Shown here: in pieces, positions 21,955 through 35,584 of the stretch
How the letters are laid out: each line of letters opens with the position of its first letter
Numbering within the stretch: position 1 is the stretch's first letter
Source of the DNA: Scyliorhinus canicula
Lineage: Eukaryota
Direction: 5' to 3'
DNA: 64,000 nt
NCBI RefSeq assembly: GCF_902713615.1
Contig: NC_052149.1
Location: 127,165,256 to 127,229,255 of the forward strand
Program-made: the position numbers and the translations under genes
The notes under the pieces: generated by a model
The model's input: only the letters and a program-made list of their open reading frames with translations
Told to the model about the DNA's origin: nothing
Databases searched by the model: none

Positions 21955-22992
21955 CCAGAGGTTGATGGAAAAAGTGAAGTCGTATGGGTTTCAGGGTGTA
22001 CTAGCTAGATGGATAAAGAACTGGCTAGGCAACAGGAGACAGAGAGTAGTGGTGGAAGGGAGTGTCTCAAAATGGAGAAGGGTGACTAGTGGTGTTCCAC
22101 AGGGATCCGTGCTCGGACCACTGTTGTTTGTGATATACATAAATGACCTGGAGGAAGGTATAGGTGGTCTGATTAGCAAGTTTGCAGATGATACTAAGAT
22201 TGTTGGAGTTGCAGATAGCGAGGAGGACTGTCAGAGAATACAGCAAAATATAGATAGATTGGAGAGTTGGACAGAGAAATGGCAGATGGAGTTCAATCCA
22301 GACAAATGCGAGGTGATGCATTTTGGAAGATCTAATTCAAGAGCGTACTATACGGTCAATGGAAGAGTCCTGGGGAAAATTGATGTACAGAGAGATCTGG
22401 GAGTTCAGGTCCATTGTACGCAGGTTGATAGAGTGGTCAAGAAGGCATACAGCATGCTTGCCTTCATTGGTTAGGCCACATAAAGGTGGATGCTTTAGAG
22501 AGGGTGCAGAGGAGGTTAACCAGATGTTGGCTGGTATGGAATGTGGGAGCTATGAAGAAAGGTTGAGTAGATTAGGATTGTTTTCATTGGAAAGATGGAG
22601 GTTGAGGGGAGACCTGATTGAGGTCTACAAAATTATGAGAGGTATGGACAGGGTGGATAGCATCAAGCTTTTTCCAAGAGTGGGGGTGTCAATTACAAGG
22701 GGTCACGATTTCAAGGTGAGAGAGGGAAAGTTTAAGGGAGATGTGCGTGGAAAGTTTTTTATGCAGAGGGTGGTGGGTGCCTGGAACGCTTTGCCAGAAT
22801 GCTTTGGTAGAGGCGGGCAAGATAGCATCATTTAAGATGCATCTGGACAGATATATGAACGGGCGGGGAACAGAGGGAAGTAGATCCTTGGAAAATAGGC
22901 AACAGGTTTAGATAAAGGTCTGGATCGGCGCAGGCACGGAGGGCCAAAGGGCCTGTTCCTGTGCTGTAATGTTCTTTGTTCTTTGTTCTTTG
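21955..22992 (+). mobile_element. CR1-type (HER1-like) LINE 3' part
   Basis: GVPQGSVLGPLLF, KFADDTK, QRDLGV; 3' tail GAGGGCCAAAGGGCCTGTTCC..(TTCTTTG)n. Confidence 0.92.
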
Positions 22993-23040
22993 TATGTCTT
23001 CTCCAGGAGTTAGAGCCCCTTTCCCATCTTGTATCTCCAA

Positions 23041-26000
23041 TGGGCCCTCCAATAGAGAGCAGTAAACATGGGCCTCCTTCCCACTGGACCCTCCAATAGG
23101 GACCTGTAAACATGGGCCTCTTTACCTCTAGACCCTCCAATAGGGACCAGTAAACATTGGGCCTCCTTCCCACTGGACCCTCCAATAGGGACCAGTAAAC
23201 ATGGGCCTCCTTCCCACTGGGCCCTCCAATAGGGACCAATAAACATGGGCCTCCTTCCCACTGGACCCTCCAATAGGGACCAGTAAACATGCGTCTCCTT
23301 CCCACTGGACCCTCCAACAATAACCAGTAAACATGGGCCTCTTTCCCACTGACCCTCCAATAGAGACCAGTAAACATGGGCCTCTTTCCCACTGGACCCT
23401 CCAATAGGGACCAGTAAATATGGGCCTCCTTCCCACTGGACCCTCCAATAGGGACCAGTAAACATGGGCCTCCTTCCCACTGACCCTCCAATAGGGACCA
23501 GTAAACATGGGCCTCCTTCCCACTGGATCCTTCATTCGGGACCAATACACATGGGCCTCCTTCCCACTGGATCCTTCATTCGGGACCAGTAAACATGGGC
23601 CTCCTTTCCACTGGATCCTTCATTCGGGACCAGTAAACATGGGCCTCCTTCCCACTGGATCCTTCATTCAGGACCAATAAACATGGGCCTCCTTCCCACT
23701 GGACCCTCTAATTGGGACCAGTAAACATGGGCCTCCCTCCCACTGGACGCTCCAATAGGGACCAGTAAACATGGGCCTCCTTCCCACTGGACCCTCCAAT
23801 AGCGACCAGTAAACATGGGCCTCCTTCCCACTGGACCCTCCAATAGGGACCAGTAAACATGGGCCTCCTTCACACTGGATCCTTAATTCGGGACCAATAA
23901 ACATGGGCCTCCTTTCCACTGGATCCTTCATTCGGGACCAATAAACATGGGCCTCCTTCCCACTGGACCCTCCAATAGGGACCAGTAAACATGGACCTTT
24001 TTTCCCACTGGACCCTCCAATAGAGACCAGTAAACATGGGCCTCCTTCCCATTGGACCCCCCAATAGTGACCAGTAAACATGGACCTTTTTCCCACTGGA
24101 CCCTCCAATAGGGACCAGTAAACATGGGCCTCCATCCCACTGGACCCTCCAATAGGGACCAGTAAACATGGGCCTCCTTCCCACTGGACCCTCCAATAGT
24201 GACCAGTAAACATGGGCCTCCTTCCCACTGGATCCTTCATTCGGGACCAGTAAACATGGGCCTCCTTCCCACTGGACCCTCCAATAGAGAGCAGTAAACA
24301 TGGGCCTCCATCCCACTGGACCCTCCAATAGGGACCAGTAAACATGGGCCTCCTTCCCACTGGACCCTCCAATAGTGACCAGTAAACATGGGCCTCCTTC
24401 CCACTGGACCCTCCAATAGGGACCAGTAAACATGGGCCTCCTTCCCACTGGACCCTCCAATAGGGACCAGTAAACATGGGCCTCCTTCCCACTGGACCCT
24501 CCAATAGTGACCAGTAAACATGGGCCTCCTTCCCACTGGACCCTCCAATAGGGACCAGTAAACATGGGCCTCCTTCCCACTGGACCCTCCAATAGAGCCC
24601 AGTAAACATGGGCCTCCTTCCCACTGGACCCTCCAATAGGGACAAGTAAACATGGGCCTCCTTCCCACTGGACCCTCCAATAGTGTCCAGTAAACATGGG
24701 CCTCCTTCCCACTGGACCCTCCAATAGAGAGCAGTAAATATGGGCCTCCTTCCCACTGGACCCTCCGATAGGGACCAGTAAACATGGACCTTTTTCCCAC
24801 TGGACCCTCCAATAGAGACCAGTAAACATGGGCCTCCTTCCCACTAGACCCTCCAATAGGGACCAGTAAACATGGGCCTCCTTCCCACTGGATCCTTCAT
24901 TCAGGACCAATAAACATGGGCCTCCTTTCCACTGGATCCTTCATTCGGGACCAGTAAACATGGGCCTCCTTCCCACTGGACCCTCCAATAGGGAGCATTA
25001 ACATGGGCCTCCTTCCCACTGGTTCCTTCATTCGGGACCAATAAACATGGGCCTCCTTTCCACTGGATTCTTCATTCGGGACCAATAAACATGGGCCTCC
25101 TTCCCACTGGACCCTCCAATAGTGACCAGTAAACATGGACCTTTTTCCCACTGGACCCTCCAATAGAGACCAGTAAACATGGGCCTCCTTCCCACTGGAC
25201 CCTCCAATAGGGACCAGTAAACATGGGCCTCCTTCCCAATGGACCCTCCAATAGATAACAGTAAACATGGGCCTCCTTCCCACTGGACCCTCCAATCGAG
25301 CCCAGTAAACATGGGCCTCCTTCCCACTGGACCCTCCAATAGGGACTGGCAAACATGGGCCTCCTTCCCACTGGACCCTCCAATAGGGACCAGTAAACAT
25401 GGGCTTCCTTCCCACTGGACCCTCCAATAGTGACCAGTAAACATGGACCTTTTTCCCACTGGACCCTCCAATAGGGACCAGTAGACATGGGCCTCCTTCC
25501 CACTTTACCCTCCAATAGTGACCAGTAAACATGGGCCTCCTTCCCACTGGACCCTCCAATAGGGACCTGTAAACATGGGCCTCCTTCCCACTGGACCCTC
25601 CAACAGTAACCAGTAAACATGGGCCTCCTTCCCACTGGATCCTTCATTCGGGACCAATAAACATGGGCCTCCTTTCCACTGGTTCCTTCATTCGGGACCA
25701 GTAAACATGGGTCGCCTTCCCACTGGATCCTTAATTCGGGACCAATAAACATGGGCCTCCTTCCCACTGGACCCTCTAATTGCGACCAGTAAATATGGGC
25801 CTCCTTTCCACTGGACCCTCCAATAGGGACCAGTAAACATGGGCCTCCTTCCCACTGGACCCTCCAATAGTGACCAGTAAACATGGACCTTTTTCCCACT
25901 GGACCCTCCAATAGAGACCAGTAAACATGGGACTCCTTCCCACTGGACCCTCCAATAGGGACCAGTAAACATGGGCCTCCTTCCCAATGGACCCTCCAAT

Positions 26001-29000
26001 AGAGACCAGTAAACATGGGCCTCCTTCCCACTGGACCCTCCAATCGAGCCCAGTAAACATGGGCCTCCTTCCCACTGGACCCTCCAATAGGGACTGGCAA
26101 ACATGGGCCTCCTTCCCACTGGACTCTCCAATAGGGACCAGTAAACATGGGCCTCCTTCCCACTGGACCCTCCAATAGGGACCAGTAAAAATGGGCCTCC
26201 TTCGCACTGGATCCTTCATTCGGGGCCAATAAACATGGGCCTCCTTTCCACTGGATCCTTCATTCGGGACAAATAAACATGGGCCTCCTTCCCACTGGAC
26301 CCTCCAATAGTGACCAGTAAACATGGACCTTTTTCCCACTGGACCCTCCAATAGAGACCAGTAAACATGGGCCTCCATCCCACTGGACCGTCCAATAGGG
26401 ACCAGTAAACATGGGCCTCCTTCCCACTGGACCCTCCAATAGTGACAAGTAAACATGGGCCCCCTTCCCACTGGACCCTCCAATAGTGACCAGTAAACAT
26501 GGGCCTCCTTCCCACTGACCCTCCAATAGAGACCAGTAAACATGGGCTTCCTTCCCACTGGACCCTCCAATAGTGACCAGTAAACATGGACCTTTTTCCC
26601 ACTGGACCCTCCAATAGGGACCAGTAGACATGGGCCTCCTTCCCACTTTACCCTCCAATAGTGACCAGTAAACATGGGCCTCCTTCCCACTGGACCCTCC
26701 AATAGGGACCTGTAAACATGGGCCTCCTTCCCACTGGACCCTCCAACAGTAACCAGTAAACATGGGCCTCCTTCCCACTGGATCCTTCATTCGGGACCAA
26801 TAAACATGGGCCTCCTTTCCACTGGATCCTTCATTCGGGACCAGTAAACATGGGCCTCCTTCCCACTGGATCCTTCATTCGGGACCAATAAACATGGGCC
26901 TCCTTCCCACTGGACCCTCCAATAGGGACCAGTAAACATGGGCTTCCTTCCCACTGGACCCTCCAATAGGGACCAGTAAACATGGGCCTCCTTCCCACTG
27001 GACCCTCCAATAGGGATTAGTAAACATGGGCCTCCTTACCACTGGACGCTCCAATAGGGACCAGTAAACATGGGCCTCCTTCCCACTGGATCCTTCATTC
27101 GGGACCAATAAACATGGGCCTCCTTCCCACTGGACCCTCTAATTGCGACCAGTAAATATGGGCCTCCTTTCCACTGGACCCTCCAATAGGGACCAGTAAA
27201 CATCGGCCTCCTTCCCACTGGACCCTCCAATAGTGACCAGTAAACATGGACCTTTTTCCCACTGGACCCTCCAATTGAGACCAGTAAACATGGGCCTCCT
27301 TCCCAATGGACCCTCCAATAGAGACCAGTAAACATGGGCCTCATTCCCACTGGACCCTCCAATCGAGCCCAGTAAACATGGGCCTCCTTCCCACTGGACC
27401 CTCCAATAGGGACTGGCAAACATGGGCCTCCTTCCCACTGGACCCTCCAATAGGGACCAGTAAACATGGGCCTCCTTCCCACTGGACCCTCCAATAGGGA
27501 CCAGTAAACATGGGCCTCCTTCCCACTGGATCCTTCATTCGGGGCCAATAAACATGGGCCCTCTTTCCACTGGATCCTTCATTCGGGACAAATAAACATG
27601 GGCCTCCTTCCCACTGGACCCTCCAATAGTGACCAGTAAACATGGACCTTTTTCCCACTGGACCCTCCAATAGAGACCAGTAAACATGGGCCTCCATCCC
27701 ACTGGACCCTCCAATAGGGACCAGTAAACATGGGCCTCCTTCCCACTGGACCCTCCAATAGTGACAAGTAAACATGGGCCCCCTTCCCACTGGACCCTCC
27801 AATAGTGACCAGTAAACATGGGCCTCCTTCCCACTGGACCCTCCAATAGAGACCAGTAAACATGTGCCTCCTTCCCACTGACCCTCCAATAGGGACCAGT
27901 AAACATGGGCTTCCTTCCCACTGGACCCTCCAATAGTGACCAGTAAACATGGACCTTTTTCCCACTGGACCCTCCAATAGGGACCAGTAGACATGGGCCT
28001 CCTTCCCACTTTACCCTCCAATAGTGACCAGTAAACATGGGCCTCCTTCCCACTGGACCCTCCAATAGGGACCTGTAAACATGGGCCTCCTTCCCACTGG
28101 ACCCTCCAACAGTAACCAGTAAACATGGGCCTTCTTCCCACTGGATCCTTCATTCGGGACCAATAAACATGGGCCTCCTTTCCACTGGATCCTTCATTCG
28201 GGACCAGTAAACATGGGCCTCCTTCCCACTGGATCCTTCATTCGGGACCAATAAACATGGGCCTCCTTCCCACTGGACCCTCTAATTGCGACCAGTAAAT
28301 ATGGGCCTCCTTCCCACTGGACCCTCCAATAGGGACCAGTAAACATGGGCCTCCTTCCCACTGGACCCTCCAATAGGGACCAGTAAACATGGGCCTCCTT
28401 CCCACTGGACCCTCCAATAGGGATTAGTAAACATGGGCCTCCTTACCACTGGACGCTCCAATAGGGACCAGTAAACATGGGCCTCCTTCCCACTGGATCC
28501 TTCATTCGGGACCAATAAACATGGGCCTCCTTTCCACTGGATCCTTCATTCGGGACCAATAAACATGGGGCTCCTTCCCACTGGACCCTCCAATAGTGAC
28601 CAGTAAACATGGACCTTTTTCCCACTGGACCCTCCAATAGTGACCAGTAAACATGGACCTTTTTCCCACTGGACCCTCCAATAGGGACCAGTAAACATGG
28701 GCCTCCTTCCCACTGGACCCTCCAATAGGGACCAGTAAACATGGGCCTCCTTCCCACTGGACCCTCCAATATGGACCAGTAAACATGGACCTTTTTCCCA
28801 CTGGACCCTCCAATAGAGACCAGCAAACATGGGCCTCCTTCCCACTTTACCCTCCAATAGTGACCAGTAAACATGGGCCTCCTTCCCACTGGACCCTCCA
28901 ATAGTGACCAGTAAACATGGGCCTCCTTCCCACTGGACCCTCCAATAGGGACCAGTAAATATGGGCCTCCTTCCTTCTGGACCCTCCAATCGTGACCAGT

Positions 29001-29161
29001 AAACATGGGCCTCCTTCCCACTTTACCCTCCAATAGTGACCAGTAAACATGGGCCTCCTTCCCACTGGACCCTCCAATAGGGACCAGTAAATATGGGCCT
29101 CCTTCCCACTGGACCCTCCAATAGGGACCAGTAAACATGGGCCTCCTTCCCACTGGACCCC
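23041..29161. repeat. 44-bp minisatellite, about 139 copies, with two unit variants and higher-order blocks
   Basis: Unit CCAATAGGGACCAGTAAACATGGGCCTCCTTCCCACTGGACCCT and variant TCATTCGGGACCAATAAACATGGGCCTCCTTTCCACTGGATCCT. Confidence 0.98.
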
Positions 29162-29889
29162 TCACCCTCTCCAGGTCAGTCTACTCCATTAACCTCTATC
29201 CTTTTAACCTCAGTCTTTGATCAATCTTCCGAAAGTCCCCAATCCCCTCCCCCGTTACTCTTACTTCAGCTCTGTGAAACATTCTGGGATGTTTTGTACA
29301 TTAAGGCACGATTTAAATTCAGGTTGTGTGGGGATTTCACGTGGAGGCAGAATTGGACAAAGTGGTGATGGCTCCTGCAGTCAAATATCCTACTGAGAGG
29401 ATCCAGACTTTCACACACAGAATAGGAAAGCATTGAGGCTGCATTTTTATAAAATTATCCATTCCTGGCATGAGGGCGTCGCTGGTTGGACAAGCATTTA
29501 TTGCCAATCATAATTTCTCCTGAGAAGGTGTTGGTGAGCTGTCTTCTTGAACCACTGCAGTCCATATGGTATGGGTGCAGCAACAGTGCTGATTGCGAGT
29601 GAGTTCTGCAATGTTTACCCATAGTGAAGGAACAGCTGATATGTTCCCAATTCAGCACAGTGAATTTCTTGGAAGAGAACTTCCAGGTGGTGGTGTTCCC
29701 AGGTATCTGCTGCCTTTGTCCTTCTAGATTGTTGTGGTTGTGGGTTTTGAGGAGGATGTTGAAGGAACCTTGGTGAGTTGCTGCAGTGCATCAGTGGTGG
29801 AGGGTGTGAATACCGAGGGTGGTGGATGGGGAGCCAATCAAGCGGCTGCTTTGCCCTGGATGGTAAAAAACAAATTACTGCGGATGCTG

Positions 29890-30564
29890 TGTCATGTGAG
29901 AGTACCTTCAAGAAATGGGTGTTTATAAATGGGTGTGTATATAAGTATCTGTAGTGATAGTACCTTTAAGAAATGGGTGTTTATAAATGGGTGTGTACAT
30001 ATAAGTATCTGTAGTGAGAGTACCTTTAAGAAATGGGTGTTTATTACGGCAGTGATGTCAGAGAATGGGTGGAGCTTGACTGTCTGTCAGCTTTTTACTT
30101 TCGCTTCAGGCTTTTTGCTGCAGGGTGGGTTTGGTTTCATTTTAGTTGTGGAGAAGCTGCAATCGCAGCAGGATGTGTGTGAATCCCTGGAAGCTTATGA
30201 ATGTTCATTTGGAATTTTCAAAGTGGTAACTGTTCTCAATAGTGAATTTAAACCTGATCTTTGTGTTAAAAGGGTCTTTTGTCTTCTGAATGTTGTTTGG
30301 GAATTTATTAACGATTACTTAGTGTTGTATTCTTTGGGGGTTGTATTTGAATTAATAGTTGCTAAGATGTTCACTGTATGTTTGAAAAAGGTTGACTTGA
30401 GTTCATAGAACAAACATTGTTTTGCTTTAACAAATACGTTAGATGTCTGCTGTACCACACCTGTAGAATGGGCCGTGTGCTCCCCATACCACAATCTATT
30501 AAACGTTGTGGGTCAGGTGAACGCCATGATATACTTTGGGTTTTTTAAACCTTGGCCCATAACA
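29890..30564 (+). mobile_element. Solo LTR related to the LTR at 36496-37072
   Basis: TGTCATG..CCCATAACA ends; 4-bp TSD GCTG; 3' half similar to 36496-37072. Confidence 0.88.
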
Positions 30565-31486
30565 GCTGGAATCTGAAATGCAAGATAAAATGCTGGAAAA
30601 TCTCAGCAGGTCTGGCAGCATCTGTAGGGAGAAAAAAGAGCTAACGTTTCGAGTCCGATGACTCTTTGTCAAAGCTTTGAGATTTTCCAGCCTGGGGCTG
30701 TTTAGCACAGGGCTAAATCGCTGGCTTTGAAAGCAGACCAAGGCAGGCCAGCAGCACGGTTCAATTCCCGTAACAGCCTCCCCAAACAGGCGCCGTAATG
30801 TGGCGACTAGGGGATTTTCACAGTAACTTCATTGAAGACTACTTGTGACAATAAGCGATTTTCATTTCATTTCATTTCTGTTTCATTGTCCTGGATGGTG
30901 TCGAGCTTCTTGAGTGTTGTTGGAGCTGCGCTCATCCAGGGAAGTGGGGAGTATTCCATCCCACCCCTGACTTATGCCTTGTAGATGGTGGACAGGCTTT
31001 GGGGAGTCAGGAGGTGAGTTACTCACCACAGGATTCCCAGCCTCTGACCTGCTCTTGTAGCCACAGTATTTATATGGCTGGCCCAGATCAGTTTCTGGTC
31101 AATGATAACCTCAGGATCTTTGAAGTGGGGGATTCAGTGATGGTAATGCCAGTGATGTCAAGGGGCAATGGTTAGATTGTCTCTTGTTGCAGCCGGTCAT
31201 TGCCTGGTACCTGTGTGGCGTGAGTGTTACTCGTCATTGTCAGCCCAAACCTGAAATAGTTTCCTTTGTGTCGCACATGATTCCAGCCAGCAATGAGTTT
31301 TCTCACAATTCCCATTGTTTCCAGTTTTCCTAAGTTCCTTGATGCCAGACTTGGTCAAATTCTGCCTCGATGTCAAGCGCATCCACACTCACCTCACCAC
31401 TGGCGTTCAGCTCTTTTGGCTATATTTGAACCAAGGCTGTAATGAGGTCAGGATCTGAGTGACTGAAACTGAGAATCAGGGATCTG

Positions 31487-31900
31487 GGGCTGGATTCTCC
31501 GGTCACCGGCGGCAAAATCGCGTTCGGAGATCAGCCGGAGAATCAAAGTTCCTGACCAAATCAGGGTGGCACTGCTTTTGCGATGCTCCAACCCCTCTGA
31601 GTACGCCGCGTGACGTATCGACGGCCTCAGGACATTGCCTGAGGCCCACCCCCCCAACGGCGTTGGTCACGTGTGGTCTCATCCGTCAGGAACCCGGCGT
31701 AGCGGCTTCGGACTCAACCCAGCTCCAGCACAGTCGGTGGAGGGATGATTTGCAGGCAAGGGGGTCTTTATCAGGGACTGGGGGACTGCGGGGGGAGGGG
31801 GGGGGTTGATCTGGGGCGCGCGAGCCGGCTGAAGGGGGGACGGCGCAGCCACTGCAATTCTCCATGCCATTTTGGCAGCTAGAGCCGGGTGCAATGGAGG
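31487..31900. mobile_element. PIF/Harbinger-type MITE fragment
   Basis: Starts with the GGGCTGGATTCTCC terminal motif; internally similar to 44747-45250 and 53712-54365. Confidence 0.6.
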
Positions 31901-33699
31901 GTATTCTCAAAGTGAAGGTGGGACTTTGTCTCCACAAGGACTGTGTGGTGGTCACTCCTACCAATACTGTCATGGACAGATGCAGTTGAGGCAGGCAGGT
32001 TGGTGAAGTCAAGTATGTTTCTTCCTCATGTTGGTTCCCTCATTACTTGCCACAGACCCAGTCGAGCAGCTATGAAAATCGCTTATTGTCACGAGTAGGC
32101 TTAAATGAAGTTACTGTGAAAAGCCCTTAGTCGCCACATTCCGGCGCCTGTCCGGGGAGGCTGATACGTGAATCGAACCGTGCTGCTGGCCTGCCTTGGT
32201 CTGTTTTCAAAGCCAGCGATTTAACCCAGTGAGCTAAACCAGCTATGTCCTTTAAGACACGACCAGCTCGGTCAGTAATGGTGCTACAGCAACACTGTTC
32301 ATGATGGACATTGAAGTCCCCCACCCAGAATACAATTTACCCTTTTTCCACCCTCAGTGTTTCTTCCACTAAGTGTTCAACATGGTGGAGTTCTGATTCA
32401 TAAACTGCAGTTGATGGTAACCAGCAGGAGGTTTCCTTGTCCATGTTTGACTGGTACCATGAAGCTACATGGAGTCAGGATTCAATGTTGAGGATTCCCA
32501 GGGTGATTCCCTCCTGACTGTATACCACTGCGCCCCCACCTCTGCTGGGTCTGTCCTGCCGGTGAGACAGGACATACCCAGGGATGCTGATGGTGGTGTC
32601 TGGGACATTATCTGTAAGGTATGATTCTGTGAGTGTGACTATGTCAGGCTGTTGCTGACTAGTCAGTGGGACAGCTCTCCCAATTCTAACACAAGCCCCC
32701 AGATATCAGGAAGGAGGACTTTGCAGGGTCGACAGGGCTGGGTTTGCCGTTGTTGTTTCCGGGGTCTATGTCGATGCCGGGAGGTCTGTTCGGTTTCATT
32801 CCTTTTAGAATTTTCAGCGGTTTGATACAACTGAGTGGCTATTTCAGAGTCAACCACATTGCTGTGGGTCTGGAGTCACATGTAGGCCAGACCAGGTAAG
32901 GACGGAAGATTTCCTGCCCTGAAGGACATTAGTTGACCAGGTGTGTTTTTACGACAATCGACAATGGTTTGATGGTCACCATTACTGAGACGAGTTTTTA
33001 ATTCCAGATTTATTCATTGAATTTAAATTCCACCCGCTGCCATGGTGGGATTTGAACCTGTGACCAGAGCATTAGCCTGGGCCTCTGGATTACTAGTCCA
33101 GTGACATTACCACTACACCACGGCCTCCCCCACATTGTGCTGTGGGGCTCCATGGAACTGTATCCCAGCATGAAGTGTCCCTCAGGAGGGGAGAGGGAAT
33201 GTTCGGAGCCCTGAGCTCCATTTCCCAGCCCAGGCATTTTGTCTTCCAATGAATGAATGAGATGCCAATTTGGAGCCAGGTTAGGGACAGTCTCGTGCTG
33301 TGGACCCAGGTCTACAAGAGGCAATTGGAGATATCCCTGAAAGGGAAAGATTTGCTGGGTTATGGGGATAGAGAGGAGGAGTGGGACTAATTGGGTAAGT
33401 CACAGCACGATGGGCAGAATGGCCTCCTTCTGTGCTGGAAGATTTGAGGCAGTGGACACAGTTCACAGTTTTCTCCCGTGTCAGTAACAAACATCCAGCT
33501 GCTCTGAGCCCCTTCTTTCACTTCCTCTGTTGGTTCTGTTTCAATCTTCCGATCTGACAGTCTTTGCTGTTATTTTTTACACTGGGGGTTTCTGCTGTGG
33601 TCTGAATCTCTAACAATAACTGTCCAATCAGTGTAAAGAACAGCAGCTAAGAGCAGTCAGGACTGAGGAGCCAGGCTCACTGGGAAACACATTGGGAAG

Positions 33700-34400
33700 A
33701 TCAAAGCCATCGTCTTCAGCTCCCGATACAAACTCCATCCCTCTCCCTGAGCACTGTCTGCTGCTCAACCAGACTCTTTACAACATTGGCCTCATCTCTC
33801 TGTTCCTCCACAATTCCCAGCTTCCCACTATTTAGAAATGACTCTGATTTCTCTTTCTTTGGTCCAAAGTGGATGATTTCACAGGCCCACATTGAACTCC
33901 ACCTGCCATTGTCTTCAGTCCCCATCACAATCTCTGTTCCCCAGACACTGATTCCATCCCTCTCCCTGGGCCTCTCTGACTCTGAACCACACAGTTCACA
34001 GCCATGGTGTCCTATTTGACCCTGAGATGACCTTCCCACCACATCATCCGCTCCATCACTAAGACGGCCTATTTCCCCCTCGGTAACATCGCCCGAGTCC
34101 GTCCTGCCTCACATCATGTGCTGCTGAGAATCTCCTCCATGTCTTTGTTCCCTCTAAACGTGACTATTCCAATGTGTCCTGGCCGGCCTCACACCTACCA
34201 CCCTCCGTAAACATCAGCTGATCCAAAACTCTGCTGCCTGGATCTGAACTCACACCAAATCCCGTTCACCCATCATCCCCTCTTCTCACTGACCGACACT
34301 GACTCCCGGTCCAGCAATGCCTCGATTTTAAATTCTCATCCTTGTTCTCAAACCTCACCCTGTCCTCCACCCTCCCTATCTCTGTAACCTCCTCCAAGCT
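33700..34400 (+). mobile_element. L2-type LINE 3' fragments
   Basis: Similar to L2 ORF2 C-terminal and 3' sequence (CCACATCCGCTCCATCACTAAGAC..AAACTCTGCTGCC); degenerate. Confidence 0.55.
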
Positions 34401-34509
34401 GCCTAACTTACTGTGGTCAGTAATAAAGGATTAATGTCTCTCTATTCCTTCATCCAAGTCAGTGAAAAGCTGAGGCTCCAGATCAGATCCCTCAGGATAT
34501 CATTATTAT

Positions 34510-35080
34510 GGGCGGCACGGTAGCACAGTGGTTAGCACTGTTGCTTCACAGTGCCAGGGACCCAGGTTCGACTCCAGGCTTGGGTTACTGTCTGTCCAGA
34601 ATCTGCACGTTCTCCCCCTGTCTGCATGGGTTTCCTCCGGGTGCTCCGGTTTCCTCCCACAAGTCCCGAAAGATGTGCTGTTCGGTAATTTGGTCATTCT
34701 GAATTCTCCCTCTGTGACCCGAACAGGCGCCGTGTGGTGTCAAGGGGCTTTACACAGTAACTTCATTACAGTGTTAATGTAAGCCTACTTGTGGCACTGT
34801 CTGTGTGGAGTTTGCACTTTCTCCCCGTGTCTGCGTGGGTTTCCTCTGGGTGCTCCGGTTTCCTCCCACAGTCCAAAGGTGTGCAGGTTAGGTGGATTGG
34901 CCATGATAAATTGTCTTTATGTCCAAAAAGATTGGTTTGGGTTACTGGGTTTCAGGGATAGGGTGGAGGTGTGGGCTTAGGTAGAGTGTTCTTTCCAAGG
35001 GCCGGTGCAGACTCGATGGGCCGAATGGCCTCCATCTGCACTGTAAATTTTATGATCTATGAATCTTGCGGAGATTCTAT
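34510..35080 (+). mobile_element. Two adjacent tRNA-derived SINEs
   Basis: SINE head at 34510; a second SINE core from ~34790 with a (TATGA)n tail. Further SINEs at about 30690-30880(+), 32075-32245(-), 46020-46440(-), 47490-48025(+) and 48588-48920(+). Confidence 0.8.
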
Positions 35081-35584
35081 GATAACTCTATGATAACTAA
35101 TAAAGATTATTATTCACATCTTGCTGATTGGAAGACACTCACATTATCCCTACTCCCTGTCTCCTACCTCCTAACTAATTCCTTATCCATGGAAAAAGAT
35201 TTTCTCAAATTCCATATGCTTCCAATTTTATTCACAACCTCTCATGTGGAACCTTCGCGAATGTCTTCTGAATATCCATACACCAACTTCTGCAGCTATT
35301 CCCATATCTACCATATTGGTGACCTCGTTAACAAATGTAACCAGATAAGTTAAACATTTTTAAATCCCTTTTTAAATCCATGCTGACTCTCTTGTATCAG
35401 TTCATATTTCTCACTCATTTTGTGTCTAGTCACAAATTCGAGTCACTTCCCAGCAACAGACCTAAAACTAAGATGTTAGTTGTGAAAGACTCTAGTAAAA
35501 AGCTAGCACAGACACAAGGGGCTGAATGGCCTCCTCCTGTACTGTCGACATATCTGGCTCCTTGACTGAAACATATGGATAGTG

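Larger units (their letters stand above)
29460..33000 (-). mobile_element. Fragmented CR1-type LINE (endonuclease and RT pieces) interrupted by an LTR, SINEs and a MITE
   Basis: MGDFNVHH endonuclease motif (32324-32127); CR1 3' UTR-like sequence at 29460-29880; boundaries approximate. Confidence 0.65.

Noticed and set aside
22832-29165. Many long minus-strand ORFs (up to 385 aa)
   Set aside because: The 44-bp unit has no TAA, TAG or TGA on the minus strand, so all three frames are open by construction; the translations are periodic artefacts.
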